A stretch of DNA of 43,143 bases from Fonticula alba ATCC 38817 (lineage: Eukaryota; Protista; Nucleariida): the NCBI GenBank assembly GCA_000388065.2, contig KB932213.1. One strand, given 5' to 3'. This document shows positions 35,075 to 43,143 of this stretch, in pieces (positions within the stretch are counted from its first letter, which is position 1; every line of letters starts with the position of its first letter). The notes under the pieces are model-generated. The model saw nothing but the letters and a program-made list of their open reading frames with translations, made no database searches and had not been told where the DNA came from. The position numbers and the translations under genes were made by a program.

Positions 35075-35133
35075 TGGATTCCCTTTTGGTCGGGGGGGCT
35101 GAGGATGCCAGCGAATGCGTCATCTGCGGGGCG

Positions 35134-35164
<31 letters not shown>

Positions 35165-35170
35165 CGCGCA
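35134..35170. repeat. (GT)n(GC)n alternating purine-pyrimidine tract
   Basis: Direct reading: about 11 GT units run straight into about 7 GC units. Confidence 0.88.
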
Positions 35171-37228
35171 GGGCGATCTGGGCTGTGTGTGAGCCCGCCT
35201 GTACGTGTCCACCGAGAACGGCCTATTGCCACGTCCGTCAGGGCGGGGTGGAGAGGGGCGCGGACTGGCGAATATGTTTTAGGTGGGGGTGGGAGGCGCA
35301 CGGCCCCGCCGGTGGGGGAGGGGCGTTCGCCATGCTCCCTGCCCTTCCCTTTTTTTTATGTTTGTCTCCCCCACCCACACTGCGCACGGTCTCCATGTCC
35401 CTCGTGGCTGCAGGACGGCCGCCGCATCGGGAACGAGGGGCCGGAACCCCAGGCAACCCGACCCGGCAGTGGCTCACGGCGCATCTCCTGTCTCGCGGCA
35501 GGTACATCTGCATGCAGCCGGTCCTCCATGCCCAGCCCGCATTAGGGCGCCGGCCCCTGGGCGGCTCGGCCTGGAGTGTGGGGCCATGGGCGCCGGGGTC
35601 CGGTCGGTGGTCGAGGGCCTCGGCCATGCGGGTGACTTGCGGCCTGTCGGAGGTCCGCCGAGAGCAGAAGCCGGTGTGTCGAGGCGGCCGAGCACCTGGC
35701 TGATGTAGGCTCCGGGCATCCGGCAATCGTGGATCTGCGGCTGGCGGCCCGATGTGCCTGTCCTGGCTGCAGAGGGGGGGGGGCATTGGCCAGGGCCGAG
35801 GTGTCGGCATGTGTGTCGCTGGCGGCTGCGGGGACTGGCGGCGAGGGCACGGGCAGAGCGCCAACCGTCGTGGCTCAACAGCCGGGTCGTCGGGAGCTAG
35901 TGTCCGGTGGCGCATGAGGCGCGGTGAGCTGGAGGAAGGTCCCGGCTGGTGGGTCGCTACTCGGTGCGGCAACTCCCCCGGCCGCAGGGCCTCGGACGAG
36001 GGTCTGGTCGTGGCCGACCGGCGCGCTAGCTCCCCCCCTCCGGGGGGACAGGCGATTGGGGACAGGTCGGCATGCGGGTGCTCGCTGGCGACGAGCGTGG
36101 ACCGCTGTGGTGCCTGGCCCCTGGCCAACTACCGTGGCCTGAGGGGCTGTCGGCGGTGGTGTGCCCGCGTGAGGCGGTGTCTTGCAAAAGGCGTGTTTGG
36201 AACACCAATGGCCGGTGTAGCCTGACCGGTGTCTGGCGCTGGGGACGCGCTCGCCGGCCGGAAAGAGGGTTGAGGGGGGGGGGTGATCGGCCCTCATCCT
36301 CGTGGACAAAGGGCCTGAACGCGGGCGCGCGGGCCCGAGACAAGGGCCGGGTCCCTCGGGTCCATTGCGCGGCACACAAGCGTGGAGAGATGTGCCAACG
36401 CATCGGGCCCGTGCATAATAATGGCCCCGGGCAAAAGCCCGAGAAAGGCCGCATTAATAAATATATCTCTCTGGGTGGCGCGATCGATCGGAGGCGTCTG
36501 GCTGTTCCTGGCACGGGCTTGGCGGGAACGATGGGGCCCTTTTTTTGTTGGCCCGCGCGCGCGCGCGCGGATACTGTCCCTCCCGGGTGCCGCGTGGTTT
36601 TTTTTCGGCTCCATTTTTTTTCGGGGTCATGTTTTCCCCTCCCGCGCCTCTCGCTCCGTGTGTGTTTTTTTTTTGGTTGATCTCGGAGAACAAGCACTCT
36701 TGGCGCCCTCTCGCATGCCCACCTCCCCCAGGTGTGCTTGGCTTCATCGAGCCTCTCTCTCGCTGGGCCCGCACGGCACAAGGCCTTCTCTTATCTTGCC
36801 TCCTGGGGGGGTGCGGGGGTGCTTGTGCGTCCGCGCATTCTCCCGATTCATCCAGCCTCTGCCCGCCTCCGTGGCCCGCGTCTTTCGGCCTGTGGCAGGC
36901 ACCTGGCCGCGCCCCTTGACTGCCTGGGCTCAGCATGACCCTCGGGCTCTGGGCGTCGTTCGCGCCACGGTGCCAGTCCGGTGTGTCCCCCCGTCCCCGT
37001 GACTGGCCCCGCACTCCCTCCCCCTGGAGGGCGCTCTTCGCCCGGCCATGCCCTCGCCGACAGGATGTTCCCTCATCGGGATTGGTTAGTCATCTCCGAG
37101 GAGAGTCCACGGCGCCGGCCACCGTGCGCGATGCCGCCGGCAGCGAGACATGGTGCTGGATCGCCTTTCGTCGGGCATGTGGGTGCGGGGCAAAGGCGGT
37201 CAATCAATAGGGAGGCGGTGCACCCGCT

Positions 37229-37768
37229 NNNNNNNNNNNNNNNNNNNNNNNNNNNNNNNNNNNNNNNNNNNNNNNNNNNNNNNNNNNNNNNNNNNNNNNN
37301 NNNNNNNNNNNNNNNNNNNNNNNNNNNNNNNNNNNNNNNNNNNNNNNNNNNNNNNNNNNNNNNNNNNNNNNNNNNNNNNNNNNNNNNNNNNNNNNNNNNN
37401 NNNNNNNNNNNNNNNNNNNNNNNNNNNNNNNNNNNNNNNNNNNNNNNNNNNNNNNNNNNNNNNNNNNNNNNNNNNNNNNNNNNNNNNNNNNNNNNNNNNN
37501 NNNNNNNNNNNNNNNNNNNNNNNNNNNNNNNNNNNNNNNNNNNNNNNNNNNNNNNNNNNNNNNNNNNNNNNNNNNNNNNNNNNNNNNNNNNNNNNNNNNN
37601 NNNNNNNNNNNNNNNNNNNNNNNNNNNNNNNNNNNNNNNNNNNNNNNNNNNNNNNNNNNNNNNNNNNNNNNNNNNNNNNNNNNNNNNNNNNNNNNNNNNN
37701 NNNNNNNNNNNNNNNNNNNNNNNNNNNNNNNNNNNNNNNNNNNNNNNNNNNNNNNNNNNNNNNNNNNN
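37229..37768. other. Assembly gap (540 N)
   Basis: Run of N. Confidence 1.
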
Positions 37769-39929
37769 TCGCCATGCGCCGGGCAGGTCTCCGGAGATGG
37801 AATGTCGCCCTGCGGACCGGGGCTCTGGCTTAGTCGATACCATGGCAGCGGGTATGTTGCTGTGTTTGAGCCTCGGAGTTTTCCTCCTGTATAGCCGGAA
37901 GGATCGCCGGAGATGCTGGGATGCATGACTGTGCGGATGGGGGTGGAATTCCGGCCGGTGTCTTTCGCGTCAGGAAATGCCCCTGGCTCGTGTTGGCCCC
38001 TCGCGGGGTGGCACTTCCCCACCGAGCTGCACGCGCGCCCTGGGAGCGCGCCATCGATGGCCCGGGGTGCCCCATGCAGATGGGGTAGGGCGCACCGGGT
38101 GGACATCGGCCGAAGGCCCTGCTCGGATTCCCCTGTCGATCCCCGGGAGGCCCTTGGCTTCCAGTGGACGGGCGGTCAACGCGCGAGAGTGGCCAGCAGC
38201 AGGCTGTGGCGGGGAAAAACCGGCACGCAGGGGGGGGGTCTGGCCGCCTCGACCTGGCCAGTACCCCTGCGGGTTCCGAGGTCGGTGTCCTCTTGCGTCG
38301 AGAGCGTGCCTACTTCCCCGCTGGGAGGGGCCACGGGAGGGCAGCAAAGCAAGCTCGGGTGCATGCTTGGATTGCTATGGGCGTCTCGATGCGAAGCGAA
38401 GCGAGCCGAGCAATGACACAGGCCACTTTGCCGGTCGAAGCGCCGTGGAGGTGCTTGCGAGTCCTGCAGGGGCACGACTGACAAAAAGACGGCGATCGTG
38501 CTGGGCCCATGGGTAGCCCGGAAGATCACCGCCAAAGGTTCCTCTGAATGGGCGGAATGCATCCGGGTGGCGGGATGGCGCGTTGGAGGAGGCCACACGC
38601 AAGGCCACAGAGGCGAGTGGGGGAAGGTCCCTGGCCATGGAGCATGAGATGCGTTTCAGACGGACGGAGATCGCACGGGAGGGGGCAGGCCGGTAGGGGT
38701 CCCTGCTGCATGATGCGTGCCGCGGGCAGACATTTCACGACCAGGTACCTTGGAGGACACTGGGCCGAGGGAACCTGCCCGGATCAAGGCTCACTCCAGA
38801 ACGCCGGCGGTAATAGACGCGACAGTACCGATTTTTGATACTGCCATGTGTACAGCTCGTAATTCCATTTTATATAATCACTTGATCATAATTCTGTGGT
38901 GCTAAATGGACGTGATTCCACATCGACTTGGGGCAACTGAGCCGCCGCGTCGTCCGCCTTCTGTCCAAGAGCCGGGCTTCCGCACTTCCCTCCTGGCAGA
39001 TGGCAGACTCGAATGCAGGTCGAAGGGGACTTGACGGGGAGGGGAGTGGATCAATGCTTGGCGCATTGACGCAGATCGCTGGGGCTTGCGAAAGGGCAGG
39101 AGTGCGAGTGGCTGGCCCCGCTCGGGCGGATGTGAGCGCATTTTCAAGCTGTGGTCCCTTGGGAGGCAGTTTGCCCTCCTTCCTGTGGGCATCTCCCTTG
39201 CCTCTCTGCCAGTGATGTTCGGTTTGTCGATCGGTGAACCAGCTCCGCGTCGCTCGATTTGGCTGCCCGGATGCGCTCTGGCGGAAGACGAATGCGCCGG
39301 AGCAGGCGTCCTTTCTCCAGGCCATCGAGGAGGGTGTACTGGGGTATTTCCGGCTGCTGGAGATGGATCGGCTGGGCGGCACGGACGGTGCATTGGGCCG
39401 TTTGACCATGGGGCCCGGGGAGCCGGTGGCTGAGGGCATGATGTCCCGAGAGTGGTGAGATCCGCCGGTGCTGGGGTGCTCCTGGGTGGTGATTGTGTGT
39501 CTGCTATCGCGACGCAGCCGGCGGGTGGTGGTGGTGCATGTGCCGGACGTATCGAAGCTGCTGGTGGGGGATCGGTCATTGATGAATGATCGGCTGATAG
39601 AGTTGGTGAGGATAGCCCCTCGTCGTGTCGAAGGACAAGATGGCCAAGTCACTGGCAAGCGACTGGGCGCGTGGCGTTGATGGGCCAGACTATGGTATTG
39701 GTGCCGTACCCGGGGCTGGTGGGCGTGTCCGGGCTGGTAGGATAAGCTGATTACTCCGGGGTTTGCAGGCAACCTATATCAGCGGTCCACGGGACCGAGA
39801 GGATCGGTCCCTGGGGAGGGAGTATACGCTGCAGGCCCGGCTGTCAGCCTCGGCGGCCATGCATGCGCGGTCGATGTGCGACAGCTCGATCCGGCTGTGC
39901 AGGGGCCCAGGGCCTGGAATGGGAAGACG

Positions 39930-39970
39930 ACGGCCGTCGCCGCTGTACGGCCGTCGCCGCTGTACGGCCG
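39930..39970. repeat. 17-bp tandem duplication (CGGCCGTCGCCGCTGTA x2.4)
   Basis: Direct reading: copies at 39931 and 39948, with a partial copy at 39965. Confidence 0.85.
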
Positions 39971-40374
39971 GGGCTTCGAGAACATGGTACGGGGAATGAC
40001 TGGGCCTGTGACTGGTGTGGATATCGAGGAACTCGTCCGGGCACGCGGGGACGCGTAAGCGGATGCTCAAGTCGCGACTTCCACAACACAAGCGTCTGAG
40101 TGGGAGGGCAATATGGGCGATGGACAACCAGCACATGGATGTTGGCAAGTGAGGAGAGATTGTGCACTTGGGGCATCTGGCACACGCCCGGTGGGCAGCC
40201 GGATGCGGGGCCGACGGTGGTCGAGTGACTGAGCAACGAGCGCGCCCATGGCGCCTCCGTCCAGCACCTTCATGGCCCGCCCTGCGTAAGCTCATTTGCC
40301 AGAGTGTCTGGGGGCAGGAGGCCCCTCGGGTGGCTCGGGCTGGATGGATGGCCATGTCGTTGTGGAGGTCCACC

Positions 40375-40384
40375 NNNNNNNNNN
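40375..40384. other. Assembly gap (10 N)
   Basis: Run of N. Confidence 1.
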
Positions 40385-41180
40385 CCGCCGGCAGCGAGAC
40401 ATGGTGCTGGATCGCCTTTCGTCGGGCATGTGGGTGCGGGGCAAAGGCGGTCAATCAATAGGGAGGCGGTGCACCCGCTGGGCGACTTCTTGGGACAGGT
40501 TCGGAAGGAGCCGGGAACTGGCCTTGCTACGGGCCGGCGGGCTTGAGGCCGCCACGTCCCTTTTCGGAGCGCCCTTCCCCCGCGATTCGCCCGGGCGCAT
40601 GTCGCCCTGCTGGGGATGGACTCTGGCATGGCGGCCGAGTCAGGCGACTTTCCCATGGGTGCGTGGGCCGGTGTGCTTTAACACTCGTGGCCCTGGCAGT
40701 GAGGTTCCTGCGCCGTGCGTGCCTCCCCCGGGGCGCCCGGGGGTCTCGCAGCCGATCGTACATGATGCTGGGGCGTCTGTAACCAATTGGCCGAGTGCCC
40801 TTCTGCCTGGACTATCCTCACGAGGGTCTTGCATTTTCCTCATGAGGGCTTTGCATTTGGCCATGACTGCCGGACACGATCCAGCGACAGGCACCCAACG
40901 ACCCGGGGCAAGGTCCCGGTCGCGGCGCGGCATATGTCGGAAAAGGGCACTACAGCTGGGCGAATGAGGCGGGATATGCTGCAGTGTCGCCACGGGGTGG
41001 GGTTGATGCAGGCTGATCTGGGAGACGATGGCATTGGTGGTCTATTGGAGGGGGGAGAGTGGCCGGGCGCGGTTGCTGCCGGTGTTTAGGATGGGGGCGC
41101 CGGCGGGGCGGCGTGGCCAGGGAGCAGACTCTCTGCCACACAGGCCATCTCCTGAGAGCCGAGACAGTTATCCGGCTATG

Positions 41181-41220
41181 NNNNNNNNNNNNNNNNNNNN
41201 NNNNNNNNNNNNNNNNNNNN
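41181..41220. other. Assembly gap (40 N)
   Basis: Run of N. Confidence 1.
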
Positions 41221-41883
41221 TCGAGGTGTCGCTCAGATCGAAGGAGGGTGGCGGTCGGGGCTCGCGGGCCGGCTAGCCAGTGGGCCTATGGCAGTGTCAT
41301 TCGGCCGCCACATGGTGCTGGCGTGCTGCCGCTGCTTGTGGACTTTTTCCCTGACGATAGCGAGCCCCGGGGGATGGTCTGGCAACGCCCGCGTTGTCAA
41401 TGCCCACGTGGTCCGATGGCTTAGCAAGGCACATCACCGGGGGTGGGGAGGAGGTGCTCAGGGCACATTGAGCGGCCGCCATCGGTCCCGACCCAGTGCC
41501 CAACCTTCCTTCGGGGATGTGCCTTGGACGCTGAGTATGATGGTTATGCTGGTTATGGGCAGCGTCCGAGGCAGGCTCTCTCTCGGTCGCGCCTCTCGCC
41601 CCGAGGGGTCCCGGTGGGGCACTGGAGGGGTGGCCGGGCATTGCTAAAAAGAGGGCCGGATGAGCCTGCAGTGCGGATGCGTGTCGGCACAGTGACGAGG
41701 TGTGCTCGGGGCCGGATCCGGCAGCTGGCGTGCATCTGCGCGCCGGGAGTCGGAGACTCTGCTGCGCAGGTTCTAGTGGTGATTGTGCATGGGTGCGTGT
41801 TTACGTCCGAGCGCCAAGTGTGTGGCCTGCTGGGGGTGCGTTGGTACAGAGGGATTCCTCGAGAGGCATGCCGTGCTGTTTGA

Positions 41884-42443
41884 GATGCATGTGCGTGCCG
41901 GCATGTCACCAAGCAGGCGTGGCTGCACATAAGGGTCCGGATGTGAGCGAGTGACTCCTCCTCCACGGGGCAATGCACGCCGCCGGGTGACACATGCCAA
42001 AAGGTCGCCATGCGCCGGGCAGGTCTCCGGAGATGGAATGTCGCCCTGCGGACCGGGGCTCTGGCTTAGTCGATACCATGGCAGCGGGTATGTTGCTGTG
42101 TTTGACCCTCGGCGTTTTCTTCCCGCATAGCCGGAAGGATGGCCGGAGGTGCTGGGATGCATGGATGCATGTGGGTGCCGGCATGTCACCAAGCAGGCGT
42201 GGCTGCACATAAGGGTCCGGATGTGAGCGAGTGACTCCTCCTCCACGGGGCAATGCACGCCGCCGGGTGACACATGCCAAAAGATCGCCATGCGCCGGGC
42301 AGGTCTCCGGAGATGGAATGTCGCCCTGCGGACCGGGGCTCTGGCTTAGTCGATACCATGGCAGCGGGTATGTTGCTGTGTTTGAGCCTCGGAGTTTTCC
42401 TCCTGTATAGCCGGAAGGATCGCCGGAGATGCTGGGATGCATG
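41884..42443. repeat. 280-bp tandem duplication (2 copies, 9 mismatches)
   Basis: 41884-42163 aligns without gaps to 42164-42443 at offset 280. Confidence 0.93.
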
Positions 42444-43143
42444 ACTGTGCGGATGGGGGTGGAATTCCGGCCGGTGTCTTTCGCGTCAGGAAATGCCCCT
42501 GGCTCGTGTTGGCCCCTCGCGGGGTGGCACTTCCCCACCGAGCTGCACGCGCGCCCTGGGAGCGCGCCATCGATGGCCCGGGGTGCCCCATGCAGATGGG
42601 GTAGGGCGCACCGGGTGGACATCGGCCGAAGGCCCTGCTCGGATTCCCCTGTCGATCCCCGGGAGGCCCTTGGCTTCCAGTGGACGGGCGGTCAACGCGC
42701 GAGAGTGGCCAGCAGCAGGCTGTGGCGGGGAAAAACCGGCACGCAGGGGGGGGGTCTGGCCGCCTCGACCTGGCCAGTACCCCTGCGGGTTCCGAGGTCG
42801 GTGTCCTCTTGCGTCGAGAGCGTGCCTACTTCCCCGCTGGGAGGGGCCACGGGAGGGCAGCAAAGCAAGCTCGGGTGCATGCTTGGATTGCTATGGGCGT
42901 CTCGATGCGAAGCGAAGCGAGCCGAGCAATGACACAGGCCACTTTGCCGGTCGAAGCGCCGTGGAGGTGCTTGCGAGTCCTGCAGGGGCACGACTGACAA
43001 AAAGACGGCGATCGTGCTGGGCCCATGGGTAGCCCGGAAGATCACCGCCAAAGGTTCCTCTGAATGGGCGGAATGCATCCGGGTGGCGGGATGGCGCGTT
43101 GGAGGAGGCCACACGCAAGGCCACAGAGGCGAGTGGGGGAAGG

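Larger units (their letters stand above)
37134..43143 (+). repeat. Large direct (probably tandem) repeat, unit about 4.5 kb, at least 2 copies, truncated by the window edge
   Basis: 37134-37228 matches 40385-40479, and 37769-38627 matches 42285-43143 (offset 4516; ORF translations identical in several frames). The blocks share order and orientation and flank the 540-N gap in copy 1. Confidence 0.8.

Noticed and set aside
37204-38106. ORFs spanning the N gap (for example 36981-37928 and 37204-38106)
   Set aside because: They are open only because N codons are not read as stops.
37769-43143. LTR retrotransposon (identical direct repeats 4.5 kb apart)
   Set aside because: There are no gag, protease, RT or integrase motifs between the copies, and a second shared block indicates whole-unit tandem repetition rather than terminal repeats.

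Overview
This is very GC-rich eukaryotic genomic DNA with short (about 65-150 nt) GT-AG spliceosomal introns, so most long ORFs in the six-frame track are GC artefacts. The style resembles a unicellular holomycotan or amoeboid protist such as Fonticula; that is inference, not a database result. The layout, in order: (1) a convergent tRNA-Arg(ACG)/tRNA-Glu(CTC) pair; (2) gene A (2604-7122), 10 exons and about 1155 aa, built from an approximately 197-aa two-exon repeat that looks like six tandem Cdc48/p97/NSF-type N-domains with no AAA ATPase; (3) gene B (7576-12353), a decayed tandem paralogue of gene A; (4) tRNA-Lys(CTT); (5) genes C and D, two tandem giant single-pass receptor kinases with signal peptide, furin-like CxxC ectodomain, transmembrane helix and non-RD TKL-type kinase. 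C has 1 intron; D has 6-7 introns and a 10-nt microexon; (6) tRNA-Ala(AGC); (7) a gapped, tandemly repeated unit of about 4.5 kb running off the right edge. The most unusual items are the ATPase-less N-domain array with strictly alternating 0/2 intron phases and the pair of non-RD Cys-rich receptor kinases. All gene models were spliced by hand and fold calls come from remembered motifs; both need HMM, structure-prediction and RNA-seq confirmation.
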